Positions 15,001-30,000 of a DNA stretch of 64,000 nt are shown here, one piece after another. Origin of the DNA: Eledone cirrhosa (lineage: Eukaryota). Location of the stretch: assembly GCA_964016885.1 (NCBI GenBank), contig OZ024751.1, positions 46,004,001-46,068,000 on the forward strand, written 5' to 3'. Below the pieces are notes generated by a model that saw nothing but the letters and a program-made list of their open reading frames with translations, was not told the DNA's origin and ran no database searches. Each line of letters starts with the position of its first letter. Within the stretch, counting starts at the first letter, position 1. A program made the position numbers and the translations under genes.

Positions 15001-18000
15001 TGGAGTCCTCTATGACAATACAACAAACTGTAGGCTGTGTATGGAGTCCTCTATGAAAATACAACTAACTGTAGGGTGTGTATGGAGTCCTCTATGGCAA
15101 TACAACTAACTGTAGGCTGTGTATTGAGTCCTCTATGACGATAGAACTAACTGTAGGGTGTGTATGGAGTCCTCTATGAAAATACAACTAACTGTAGGGT
15201 GTGTATGGAGTCCTCTATGACAATACAACTAACTGTAGGGTGTGTATGGAGTCCTCTATGACAATACAACTAACTGTAGGGTCTGTATGGAGTCCTCTAT
15301 GACAATACAACTAACTGTAGGGTGTGTATGGAGTCCTCTATGACAATACAACTAACTGTAGGCTGTGTATGGAGTCCTCTATGACAATACAACTAACTGT
15401 AGGGTGTGTATGGAGTCCTCTATGACAATACAACTAACTGTAGGGTGTGTATGGAGTCCTCTATGACAATACAACTAACTGTAGGGTGTGTATGGAGTCC
15501 TCTATGAAAATACAACTAACTGTAGGGTGTGTATGGAGTCCTCTATGACAATACAACTAACTGTAGGCTGTGTATGGAGTCCTCTATGACAATACAACTA
15601 ACTGTAGGGTGTGTATGGAGTCCTCTATGACAATACAACTAACTGTAGGGTGTGTATGGAGTCCTCTATGACAATACAACTAACTGTAGGGTGTGTATGG
15701 AGTCCTCTATGACAATACAACTAACTGTAGGGTGTGTATGGAGTCCTCTATGACAATACAACTAACTGTAGGCTGTGTATGGAGTCCTCTATGACAATAC
15801 AACAAACTGTAGGCTGTGTATGGAGTCCTCTATGACAATACAACTAACTGTAGGCTGTGTATGGAGTCCTCTATGACAATACAACTAACTGTAGGCTGTG
15901 TATGGAGTCCTCTATGAAAATACAACTAACTGTAGGGTGTGTATGGAGTCCTCTATGACAATACAACTAACTGTAGGCTGTGTATGGAGTCCTCTATGAC
16001 AATACAACTAACTGTAGACTGTGTATGGAGTCCTCTATGGCAATACAACTAACTGTAGGCTGTGTATGGAGTCCTCTATGACAATACAACTAACTGTAGA
16101 CTGTGTATAGAGTCCTCTATGACAATACAACTAACTGTAGACTGTGTATGGTGTCCTCTATGGCAATACAACTAACTGTAGGCTGTGTATGGAGTCCTCT
16201 ATGACAATACAACAAACTGTAGGCTGTGTATGGAGTCCTCTATGACAATACAACTAACTGTAGGGTCTGTATGGAGTCCTCTATGACAATACAACAAACT
16301 GTAGGCTGTGTATGGAGTCCTCTATGACAATACAACTAACTGTAGGGTGTGTATGGAGTCCTCTATGACAATACAACTAACTGTAGGGTGTGTATGGAGT
16401 CCTCTATGACAATACAACTAACTGTAGGCTGTGTATGGAGTCCTCTATGACAATACAACTAACTGTAGACTGTGTATGGAGTCCTCTATGGCAATACAAC
16501 TAACTGTAGGCTGTGTATGGAGTCCTCTATGACAATACACCTAATTGTAGACTGTGTATGGAGTCCTCTATGACAATACAACTAACTGTAGGGTGTGTAT
16601 GGAGTCCTCTATGACAATACAACTAACTGTAGGGTGTGTATGGAGTCCTCTATGACAATACAACTAACTGTAGACTGTGTATGGAGTCATCTATGGCAAT
16701 ACAACTAACTGTAGGCTGTGTATGGAGTCCTCTATGACAAAAAACCTAACTGTAGGCTGTGTATGGAGTCCTCTATGACAATACAGCTAACTGTAGGCTG
16801 TGTATGGAGTCCTCTATGACAATACAACTAACTGTAGGGTGTGTATGGAGTCCTCTATGACAATACAACTAACTGTAGGGTGTGTATGGAGTCCTCTATG
16901 ACAATACAACTAACTGTAGGGTGTGTATGGAGTCCTCTATGAAAATATAACTAACTGTAGGGTCTGTATGGAGTCCTCTATGACAATACAACTAACTGTA
17001 GGGTGTGTATGGAGTCCTGTATGACAATACAACTAACTGTAGGCTGTGTATGGAGTCCTCTATGAAAATACAACTACCTGTAGGGTCTGTATGGAGTCCT
17101 CTATGACAATACAACAAACTGTAGGCTGTGTGTGGAGTCCTCTATGACAATACAACTAACTGTAGCGTGTGTATGGAGTCCTCTATGACAATACAACTAA
17201 CTGTAGGCTTTGTATGGAGTCCTCTATGGCAATACAACTAACTGTAGGCTGTGTATGGAGTCCTCTATGACAATACAACTAACTGTAGGGTGTGTATGGA
17301 GTCCTCTATGACAATACAACTAACTGTAGGCTGTGTATGGAATCCTCTATGACAATACAACTAACTGTAGGTTGTGTATGGAGTCCTCTATGACAATACA
17401 AATAACTGTAGGGTGTGTATGGAGTCCTCTATGACAATACAACTAACTGTAGGGTGTGTATGGAGTCCTCTATGACAATACAACTAACTGTAGGCTGTGT
17501 ATGGAGTCCTCTATGACAATACAACTAACTGTAGACTGTGTATGGTGTCCTCTATGGCAATACAACTAACTGTAGGCTGTGTATGGAGTCCTCTATGACA
17601 ATACAACTAACTGTAGACTGTGTATGGAGTCCTCTATGACAATACAACTAACTGTAGGGTGTGTATGGAGTCCTCTATGACAATACAACTAACTGTAGGG
17701 TGTGTATGGAGTCCTCTATGAAAATACAACTAACTGTAGGGTGTGTATGGAGTCCTCTATGACAATACAACTAACTGTACGCTGTGTATGGAGTCCTCTA
17801 TGAAAATACAACTAACTGTAGGGTGTGTATGGAGTCCTCTATGACAATACAACTAACTGTAGGGTGTGTATGGAGTCCTCTATGACAATACAACTAACTG
17901 TAGGCTGTGTCTGGAGTCCTCTATGACAATACAACTAACTGTAGCGTGTGTATGGAGTCCTCTATGACAATACAACTAACTGTAGGCTTTGTATGGAGTC

Positions 18001-21000
18001 CTCTATGGCAATACAACTAACTGTAGGCTGTATATGGAGTCCTCTATGACAATACAACTAACTGTAGGGTGTGTATGGAGTCCTCTATGACAATACAACT
18101 AACTGTAGGGTGTGTATGGAGTCCTCTATGACAATACAACTAACTGTACGCTGTGTATGGAGTCCTCTATGAAAATACAACTAACTGTAGGGTGTGTATG
18201 GAGTCCTCTATGAGAATACAACTAACTGTAGGGTGTGTATGGAGTCCTCTATGGCAATACAACTAACTGTAGACTGTGTATGGAGTCCTCTATGACAATA
18301 CAACTAACTGTAGGTTGTGTATGGAGTCCTCTATTACAATACAACTAACTGTAGGTTGTGTATGGAGTCCTCTATGACAATACAACTAACTGTAGGTTGT
18401 GTATGGAGTCCTCTATGACAATACAACTAACTGTAGTCTGTGTGTGGAGTCCTCTATGACAATACAACTAACTGTAGGGTCTGTATGGAGTCCTCTATGA
18501 CAATACAACTAACTGTAGGGTGTGTATGGAGTCCTCTATGGCAATACAACTAACTGTAGGCTGTGTATGGAGTCCTCTATGACAATACAAGTAACTGTAG
18601 GCTGTGTATGGAGTCCTCTATGACAATACAACTAACTGTAGGGTGTGTATGGAGTCCTCTATGACAATACAACTAACTGTAGGGTGTGTATGGAGTCCTC
18701 TATGACAATACACCTAACTGTAGGCTGTGTATGGAGTCCTCCATGACAATACAACTAACTGTAGGCTGTGTATGGAGTCCTCTATGACAATACAACTAAC
18801 TGTAGGCTGTGTATGGAGTCCTCCATGACAATACAACTAACTGTAGGCTGTGTATGGAGTCCTCTATGACAATACAACTAACTGTAGGCTGTGTATGGAG
18901 TCCTCTATGACAATACACCTAACTGTAGGCTGTGTATGGAGTCCTCCATGACAATACAACTAACTGTAGGCTGTGTATGGAGTCCTCTATGGCAATACAA
19001 CTAACTGTAGGCTGTGTATTGAGTCCTCTATGACGATAGAACTAACTGTAGGGTGTGTATGGAGTCCTCTATGACGATACAACTAACTGTAGGGTGTGTA
19101 TGGAGTCCTCTATGACAATACAACTAACTGTAGGCTGTGTATGGAGTCCTCTATGACAATACAATTAACTGTAGGGTGTGTATGTAGTCCTCTATGACAA
19201 TACAACTAACTGTAGGGTGTGTATGGAGTCCTCTATGACAATACAACAAACTGTAGGCTGTGTATGGAGTCCTCTATGAAAACACAACTAACTGTAGGGT
19301 GTGTATGGAGTCCTCTATGGCAATACAACTAACTGTAGGCTGTGTATTGAGTCCTCTATGACAATACAACTAACTGTAGGGTGTGTATGGAGTCCTCTAT
19401 GACAATACAACAAACTGTAGGCTGTGTATGGAGTCCTCTATGAAAATACAACTAACTGTAGGGTGTGTATGGAGTCCTCGATGACAATACAACTAACTGT
19501 AGGGTGTGTATGGAGTCCTCTATGACAATACAACTAACTGTAGGGTCTGTATGGAGTCCTCTATGACAATACAACTAACTGTAGGGTGTGTATGGAGTCC
19601 TCTATGACAATACAACTAACTGTAGGCTGTGTATGGAGTCCTCTATGACAATACAACTAACTGTAGGGTGTGTATGGAGTCCTCTATGACAATACAACTA
19701 ACTGTAGGGTGTGTATGGAGTCCTCTATGACAATACAACTAACTATAGGGTGTGTATGGAGTCCTCTATGAAAATACAACTAACTGTAGGGTGTGTATGG
19801 AGTCCTCTATGACAATACAACTAACTGTAGGCTTTGTATGGAGTCCTCTATGGCAATACAACTAACTGTAGGCTGTGTATGGAGTCCTCTATGACAATAC
19901 AACTAACTGTAGGGTGTGTATGGAGTCCTCTATGACAATACAACTAACTGTAGGCTGTGTATGGAATCCTCTATGACAATACAACTAACTGTAGGTTGTG
20001 TATGGAGTCCTCTATGACAATACAACTAACTGTAGGGTGTGTATGGAGTCCTCTATGACAATACAACTAACTGTAGGGTGTGTATGGAGTCCTCTATGAC
20101 AATACAACTAACTGTACGCTGTGTATGGAGTCCTCTATGAAAATACAACTATCTGTAGGGTGTGTATGGAGTCCTCTATGAGAATACAACTAACTGTAGG
20201 GTGTGTATGGAGTCCTCTATGGCAATACAACTAACTGTAGACTGTGTATGGAGTCCTCTATGACAATACAACTAACTGTAGGTTGTGTATGGAGTCCTCT
20301 ATGACAATACAACTAACTGTAGGTTGTGTATGGAGTCCTCTATGACAATACAACTAACTGTAGGTTGTGTATGGAGTCGTCTATGACAATACAACTAACT
20401 GTAGGCTGTGTATGGAGTCCTCTATGAAAATACAATTAACTGAAGACTGTGTATGGAGTCCTCTATGACAATACAACTAACTGTAGGGTGTGTATGGAGT
20501 CATCTATGACAATACAACTAACTGTAGACTGTGTATGGAGTCCTCTATGACAATACACCTAACTGTAGGGTGTGTATGGAGTCCTCCATGACAATACAAG
20601 TAACTGTAGGCTGTGTATGGAGTCCTCTATGACAATACAACTAACTGTAGACTGTGTATGGAGTCCTCTATGACAATACAAGTAACTGTAGGCTGTGTAT
20701 GGAGTCCTCTATGACAATACAACAAACTGTAGGCTGTGTATGGAGTCCTCTATGAAAATACAACTAACTGTAGGGTGTGTATGGAGTCCTCTATGGCAAT
20801 ACAACTAACTGTAGGCTGTGTATTGAGTCCTCTATGACGATAGAACTAACTGTAGGGTGTGTATGGAGTCCTCTATGACAATACAACTAACTGTAGGCTG
20901 TGTATGGAGTCCTCTATGACAATACAACTAACTGTAGGGTGTGTATGGAGTCCTCTATGACAATACAACTAACTGTAGGGTGTGTATGGAGTCCTCTATG

Positions 21001-24000
21001 ACAATACAACAAACTGTAGGCTGTGTATGGAGTCCTCTATGACAATACAACTAACTGTAGGGTGTGTATGGAGTCCTCTATGACAATACAACTAACTGTA
21101 GGGTGTGTATGGAGTCCTCTATGAGAATACAACTAACTGTAGGCTGTGTATGGAGTCCTCTATGACAATACAACTAACTGTAGACTGTGTATGGAGTCCT
21201 CTATGGCAATACAACTAACTGTAGGCTGTGTATGGAGTCCTCTATGACAATACAACTAACTGTAGACTGTGTATGGAGTCCTCTATGACAATACAACTAA
21301 CTGTAGGGTGTGTATGGAGTCCTCTATGACAATACAACAAACTGTAGGCTGTGTATGGAGTCCTCTATGACAATACAACAAACTGTAGGCTGTGTATGGA
21401 GTACTCTATGAAAATACAACTAACTGTAGGGTGTGTATGGAGTCCTCTATGACAATACAACTAACTGTAGGCTGTGTATGGAATCCTCTATGGCAATATA
21501 ACTAACTGTAGGGTGTGTATGGAGTCCTCTATGACAATACAACTAACTGTAGGGTGTGTATGGAGTCCTCTATGACAATACAACTAACTGTAGGGTGTAT
21601 ATGGAGTCCTCTATGACAATACAACTAACTGTACGCTGTGTATGGAGTCCTCTATGAAAATACAACTAACTGTAGGGTGTGTATGGAGTCCTCTATGACA
21701 ATACAACTAACTGCAGGCTGTGTATGGAGTCATCTATGACAATACACCTAACTGTAGGGTGTGTATGGAGTCCTCTATGGCAATACAACTAACTGTAGAC
21801 TGTGTATGGAGTCCTCTATGACAATACAACTAACTGTAGGCTGTGTATGGAGTCCTCTATGACAATACAACTAACTGTACGCTGTGTATGGAGTCCTCTA
21901 TGAGAATACAACTAACTGTAGGGTGTGTATGGAGTCCTCTATGGCAATACAACTAACTGTAGACTGTGTATGGAGTCCTCTATGACAATACAACTAACTG
22001 TAGGTTGTGTATGGAGTCCTCTATGACAATACAACTAACTGTAGGTTGTGTATGGAGTCCTCTATGACAATACAACTAACTGTAGGTTGTGTATGGAGTC
22101 CTCTATGACAATACAACTAACTGTAGGCTGTGTATGGAGTCCTCTATGAAAATACAACTAACTGTAGACTGTGTATGGAGTCCTCTATGACAATACAACT
22201 AACTGTAGGGTGTGTATGGAGTCATCTATGACAATACAACTAACTGTAGACTGTGTATGGAGTCCTCTATGACAATACACCTAACTGTAGGGTGTGTATG
22301 GAGTCCTCCATGACAATACAACTAACTGTAGGCTGTGTATGGAGTCCTCTATGACAATACAACTAACTGTAGACTGTGTATGGAGTCCTCTATGACAATA
22401 CAAGTAACTGTAGGCTGTGTATGGAGTCCTCTATGACAATACAACAAACTGTAGGCTGTGTATGGAGTCCTCTATGAAAATACAACTAACTGTAGGGTGT
22501 GTATGGAGTCCTCTATGGCAATACAACTAACTGTAGGCTGTGTATTGAGTCCTCTATGACGATAGAACTAACTGTAGGGTGTGTATGGAGTCCTCTATGA
22601 CAATACAACTAACTGTAGGCTGTGTATGGAGTCCTCTATGACAATACAACTAACTGTAGGGTGTGTATGGAGTCCTCTATGACAATACAACTAACTGTAG
22701 GGTGTGTATGGAGTCCTCTATGACAATACAACAAACTGTAGGCTGTGTATGGAGTCCTCTATGACAATACAACTAACTGTAGGGTGTGTATGGAGTCCTC
22801 TATGACAATACAACTAACTGTAGGGTGTGTATGGAGTCCTCTATGACAATACAACAAACTGTAGGCTGTGTATGGAGTCCTCTATGAAAATACAACTAAC
22901 TGTAGGGTGTGTATGGAGTCCTCTATGACAATACAACTAACTGTAGGGTGTGTATGGAGTCCTCTATGACAATACAACTAACTGTAGGGTCTGTATGGAG
23001 TCCTCTATGACAATACAACTAACTGTAGGGTGTGTATGGAGTCCTCTATGACAATACAACAAACTGTAGGCTGTGTATGGAGTCCTCTATGACAATACAA
23101 CTAACTGTAGGGTGTGTATGGAGTCCTCTATGACAATACAACAAACTGTAGGCTGTGTATGGAGTCCTCTATGAAAATACAACTAACTGTAGGGTGTGTA
23201 TGGAGTCCTCTATGACAATACAACTAACTGTAGGGTGTGTATGGAGTCCTCTATGACAATACAACTAACTGTAGGGTCTGTATGGAGTCCTCTATGACAA
23301 TACAACTAACTGTAGGGTGTGTATGGAGTCCTCTATGACAATACAACAAACTGTAGGCTGTGTATGGAGTCCTCTATGACAATACAACTAACTGTAGGGT
23401 GTGTATGGAGTCCTCTATGAAAATACAACTATCTGTAGGGTGTGTATGGAGTCCTCTATGAGAATACAACTAACTGTAGGGTGTGTATGGAGTCCTCTAT
23501 GACAATACAACAAACTGTAGGCTGTGTATGGAGTCCTCTATGAAAATACAACTAACTGTAGGGTGTGTATGGAGTCCTCTATGACAATACAACTAACTGT
23601 AGGCTGTGTATGGAATCCTCTATGACAATACAACTAACTGTAGGTTGTGTATGGAGTCCTCTATGACAATACAACTAACTGTAGGGTGTGTATGGAGTCC
23701 TCTATGACAATACAACTAACTGTAGGGTGTGTATGGAGTCCTCTATGACAATACAACTAACTGTACGCTGTGTATGGAGTCCTCTATGAAAATACAACTA
23801 TCTGTAGGGTGTGTATGGAGTCCTCTATGAGAATACAACTAACTGTAGGGTGTGTATGGAGTCCTCTATGGCAATACAACTAACTGTAGACTGTGTATGG
23901 AGTCCTCTATGACAATACAACTAACTGTAGGTTGTGTATGGAGTCCTCTATGACAATACAACTAACTGTAGGTTGTGTATGGAGTCCTCTATGACAATAC

Positions 24001-27000
24001 AACTAACTGTAGGTTGTGTATGGAGTCGTCTATGACAATACAACTAACTGTAGGCTGTGTATGGAGTCCTCTATGAAAATACAACTAACTGAAGACTGTG
24101 TATGGAGTCCTCTATGACAATACAACTAACTGTAGGGTGTGTATGGAGTCATCTATGACAATACAACTAACTGTAGACTGTGTATGGAGTCCTCTATGAC
24201 AATACACCTAACTGTAGGGTGTGTATGGAGTCCTCCATGACAATACAAGTAACTGTAGGCTGTGTATGGAGTCCTCTATGACAATACAACTAACTGTAGA
24301 CTGTGTATGGAGTCCTCTATGACAATACAAGTAACTGTAGGCTGTGTATGGAGTCCTCTATGACAATACAACAAACTGTAGGCTGTGTATGGAGTCCTCT
24401 ATGAAAATACAACTAACTGTAGGGTGTGTATGGAGTCCTCTATGGCAATACAACTAACTGTAGGCTGTGTATTGAGTCCTCTATGACGATAGAACTAACT
24501 GTAGGGTGTGTATGGAGTCCTCTATGACAATACAACTAACTGTAGGCTGTGTATGGAGTCCTCTATGACAATACAACTAACTGTAGGGTGTGTATGGAGT
24601 CCTCTATGACAATACAACTAACTGTAGGGTGTGTATGGAGTCCTCTATGACAATACAACAAACTGTAGGCTGTGTATGGAGTCCTCTATGACAATACAAC
24701 TAACTGTAGGGTGTGTATGGAGTCCTCTATGACAATACAACTAACTGTAGGGTGTGTATGGAGTCCTCTATGAGAATACAACTAACTGTAGGCTGTGTAT
24801 GGAGTCCTCTATGACAATACAACTAACTGTAGACTGTGTATGGAGTCCTCTATGGCAATACAACTAACTGTAGGCTGTGTATGGAGTCCTCTATGACAAT
24901 ACAACTAACTGTAGACTGTGTATGGAGTCCTCTATGACAATACAACTAACTGTAGGGTGTGTATGGAGTCCTCTATGACAATACAACAAACTGTAGGCTG
25001 TGTATGGAGTCCTCTATGACAATACAACAAACTGTAGGCTGTGTATGGAGTACTCTATGAAAATACAACTAACTGTAGGGTGTGTATGGAGTCCTCTATG
25101 ACAATACAACTAACTGTAGGCTGTGTATGGAATCCTCTATGGCAATATAACTAACTGTAGGGTGTGTATGGAGTCCTCTATGACAATACAACTAACTGTA
25201 GGGTGTGTATGGAGTCCTCTATGACAATACAACTAACTGTAGGGTGTATATGGAGTCCTCTATGACAATACAACTAACTGTACGCTGTGTAAGGAGTCCT
25301 CTATGAAAATACAACTAACTGTAGGGTGTGTATGGAGTCCTCTATGACAATACAACTAACTGCAGGCTGTGTATGGAGTCATCTATGACAATACACCTAA
25401 CTGTAGGGTGTGTATGGAGTCCTCTATGGCAATACAACTAACTGTAGACTGTGTATGGAGTCCTCTATGACAATACAACTAACTGTAGGCTGTGTATGGA
25501 GTCCTCTATGACAATACAACTAACTGTACGCTGTGTATGGAGTCCTCTATGAGAATACAACTAACTGTAGGGTGTGTATGGAGTCCTCTATGGCAATACA
25601 ACTAACTGTAGACTGTGTATGGAGTCCTCTATGACAATACAACTAACTGTAGGTTGTGTATGGAGTCCTCTATGACAATACAACTAACTGTAGGTTGTGT
25701 ATGGAGTCCTCTATGACAATACAACTAACTGTAGGTTGTGTATGGAGTCCTCTATGACAATACAACTAACTGTAGGCTGTGTATGGAGTCCTCTATGAAA
25801 ATACAACTAACTGTAGACTGTGTATGGAGTCCTCTATGACAATACAACTAACTGTAGGGTGTGTATGGAGTCATCTATGACAATACAACTAACTGTAGAC
25901 TGTGTATGGAGTCCTCTATGACAATACACCTAACTGTAGGGTGTGTATGGAGTCCTCCATGACAATACAACTAACTGTAGGCTGTGTATGGAGTCCTCTA
26001 TGACAATACAACTAACTGTAGACTGTGTATGGAGTCCTCTATGACAATACAAGTAACTGTAGGCTGTGTATGGAGTCCTCTATGACAATACAACAAACTG
26101 TAGGCTGTGTATGGAGTCCTCTATGAAAATACAACTAACTGTAGGGTGTGTATGGAGTCCTCTATGGCAATACAACTAACTGTAGGCTGTGTATTGAGTC
26201 CTCTATGACGATAGAACTAACTGTAGGGTGTGTATGGAGTCCTCTATGACAATACAACTAACTGTAGGCTGTGTATGGAGTCCTCTATGACAATACAACT
26301 AAATGTAGGGTGTGTATGGAGTCCTCTATGACAATACAACTAACTGTAGGGTGTGTATGGAGTCCTCTATGACAATACAACAAACTGTAGGCTGTGTATG
26401 GAGTCCTCTATGACAATACAACTAACTGTAGGGTGTGTATGGAGTCCTCTATGACAATACAACTAACTGTAGGGTGTGTATGGAGTCCTCTATGACAATA
26501 CAACAAACTGTAGGCTGTGTATGGAGTCCTCTATGAAAATACAACTAACTGTAGGGTGTGTATGGAGTCCTCTATGACAATACAACTAACTGTAGGGTGT
26601 GTATGGAGTCCTCTATGACAATACAACTAACTGTAGGGTCTGTATGGAGTCCTCTATGACAATACAACTAACTGTAGGGTGTGTATGGAGTCCTCTATGA
26701 CAATACAACAAACTGTAGGCTGTGTATGGAGTCCTCTATGACAATACAACTAACTGTAGGGTGTGTATGGAGTCCTCTATGACAATACAACTAACTGTAG
26801 GGTGTGTATGGAGTCCTCTATGACAATACAACTAACTGTAGGGTGTGTATGGAGTCCTCTATGAAAATACAACTAACTGTAGGGTGTGTATGGAGTCCTC
26901 TATGACAATACAACTAACTGTAGGCTGTGTATGGAGTCCTCTATGACAATACAACTAACTGTAGGGTGTGTATGGAGTCCTCTATGACAATACAACTAAC

Positions 27001-30000
27001 TGTAGGGTGTGTATGGAGTCCTCTATGACAATACAACTAACTGTAGGGTGTGTATGGAGTCCTCTATGACAATACAACTAACTGTAGGGTGTGTATGGAG
27101 TCCTCTATGACAATACAACTAACTGTAGGCTGTGTATGGAGTCCTCTATGACAATACAACAAACTGTAGGCTGTGTATGGAGTCCTCTATGACAATACAA
27201 CTAACTGTAGGCTGTGTATGGAGTCCTCTATGACAATACAACTAACTGTAGGCTGTGTATGGAGTCCTCTATGAAAATACAACTAACTGTAGGGTCTGTA
27301 TGGAGTCCTCTATGAGAATACAACTAACTGTAGGCTGTGTATGGAGTCCTCTATGAAAATACAACTAACTGTAGGGTCTGTATGGAGTCCTCTATGACAA
27401 TACAACTAACTGTAGGGTGTGTATGGAGTCCTCTATGACAATACAACTAACTGTAGACTGTGTATGGAGTCCTCTATGGCAATACAACTAACTGTAGGCT
27501 GTGTATGGAGTCCTCTATGACAATACAACTAACTGTAGGGTGTGTATGGAGTCCTCTATGACAATACAACTAACTGTAGGCTGTGTATGGAATCCTCTAT
27601 GACAATACAACTAACTGTAGGTTGTGTATGGAGTCCTCTATGACAATACAACTAACTGTAGGGTGTGTATGGAGTCCTCTATGACAATACAACTAACTGT
27701 AGGGTGTGTATGGAGTCCTCTATGACAATACAACTAACTGTACGCTGTGTATGGAGTCCTCTATGAAAATACAACTATCTGTAGGGTGTGTATGGAGTCC
27801 TCTATGAGAATACAACTAACTGTAGGGTGTGTATGGAGTCCTCTATGGCAATACAACTAACTGTAGACTGTGTATGGAGTCCTCTATGACAATACAACTA
27901 ACTGTAGGTTGTGTATGGAGTCCTCTATGACAATACAACTAACTGTAGGTTGTGTATGGAGTCCTCTATGACAATACAACTAACTGTAGGTTGTGTATGG
28001 AGTCGTCTATGACAATACAACTAACTGTAGGCTGTGTATGGAGTCCTCTATGAAAATACAACTAACTGAAGACTGTGTATGGAGTCCTCTATGACAATAC
28101 AACTAACTGTAGGGTGTGTATGGAGTCATCTATGACAATACAACTAACTGTAGACTGTGTATGGAGTCCTCTATGACAATACACCTAACTGTAGGGTGTG
28201 TATGGAGTCCTCCATGACAATACAAGTAACTGTAGGCTGTGTATGGAGTCCTCTATGACAATACAACTAACTGTAGACTGTGTATGGAGTCCTCTATGAC
28301 AATACAAGTAACTGTAGGCTGTGTATGGAGTCCTCTATGACAATACAACAAACTGTAGGCTGTGTATGGAGTCCTCTATGAAAATACAACTAACTGTAGG
28401 GTGTGTATGGAGTCCTCTATGGCAATACAACTAACTGTAGGCTGTGTATTGAGTCCTCTATGACGATAGAACTAACTGTAGGGTGTGTATGGAGTCCTCT
28501 ATGACAATACAACTAACTGTAGGCTGTGTATGGAGTCCTCTATGACAATACAACTAACTGTAGGGTGTGTATGGAGTCCTCTATGACAATACAACTAACT
28601 GTAGGGTGTGTATGGAGTCCTCTATGACAATACAACAAACTGTAGGCTGTGTATGGAGTCCTCTATGACAATACAACTAACTGTAGGGTGTGTATGGAGT
28701 CCTCTATGACAATACAACTAACTGTAGGGTGTGTATGGAGTCCTCTATGAGAATACAACTAACTGTAGGCTGTGTATGGAGTCCTCTATGACAATACAAC
28801 TAACTGTAGACTGTGTATGGAGTCCTCTATGGCAATACAACTAACTGTAGGCTGTGTATGGAGTCCTCTATGACAATACAACTAACTGTAGACTGTGTAT
28901 GGAGTCCTCTATGACAATACAACTAACTGTAGGGTGTGTATGGAGTCCTCTATGACAATACAACAAACTGTAGGCTGTGTATGGAGTCCTCTATGACAAT
29001 ACAACAAACTGTAGGCTGTGTATGGAGTACTCTATGAAAATACAACTAACTGTAGGGTGTGTATGGAGTCCTCTATGACAATACAACTAACTGTAGGCTG
29101 TGTATGGAATCCTCTATGGCAATATAACTAACTGTAGGGTGTGTATGGAGTCCTCTATGACAATACAACTAACTGTAGGGTGTGTATGGAGTCCTCTATG
29201 ACAATACAACTAACTGTAGGGTGTATATGGAGTCCTCTATGACAATACAACTAACTGTACGCTGTGTATGGAGTCCTCTATGAAAATACAACTAACTGTA
29301 GGGTGTGTAAGGAGTCCTCTATGACAATACAACTAACTGCAGGCTGTGTATGGAGTCATCTATGACAATACACCTAACTGTAGGGTGTGTATGGAGTCCT
29401 CTATGGCAATACAACTAACTGTAGACTGTGTATGGAGTCCTCTATGACAATACAACTAACTGTAGGCTGTGTATGGAGTCCTCTATGACAATACAACTAA
29501 CTGTACGCTGTGTATGGAGTCCTCTATGAGAATACAACTAACTGTAGGGTGTGTATGGAGTCCTCTATGGCAATACAACTAACTGTAGACTGTGTATCGA
29601 GTCCTCTATGACAATACAACTAACTGTAGGTTGTGTATGGAGTCCTCTATGACAATACAACTAACTGTAGGTTGTGTATGGAGTCCTCTATGACAATACA
29701 ACTAACTGTAGGTTGTGTATGGAGTCCTCTATGACAATACAACTAACTGTAGGCTGTGTATGGAGTCCTCTATGAAAATACAACTAACTGTAGACTGTGT
29801 ATGGAGTCCTCTATGACAATACAACTAACTGTAGGGTGTGTATGGAGTCATCTATGACAATACAACTAACTGTAGACTGTGTATGGAGTCCTCTATGACA
29901 ATACACCTAACTGTAGGGTGTGTATGGAGTCCTCCATGACAATACAACTAACTGTAGGCTGTGTATGGAGTCCTCTATGACAATACAACTAACTGTAGAC

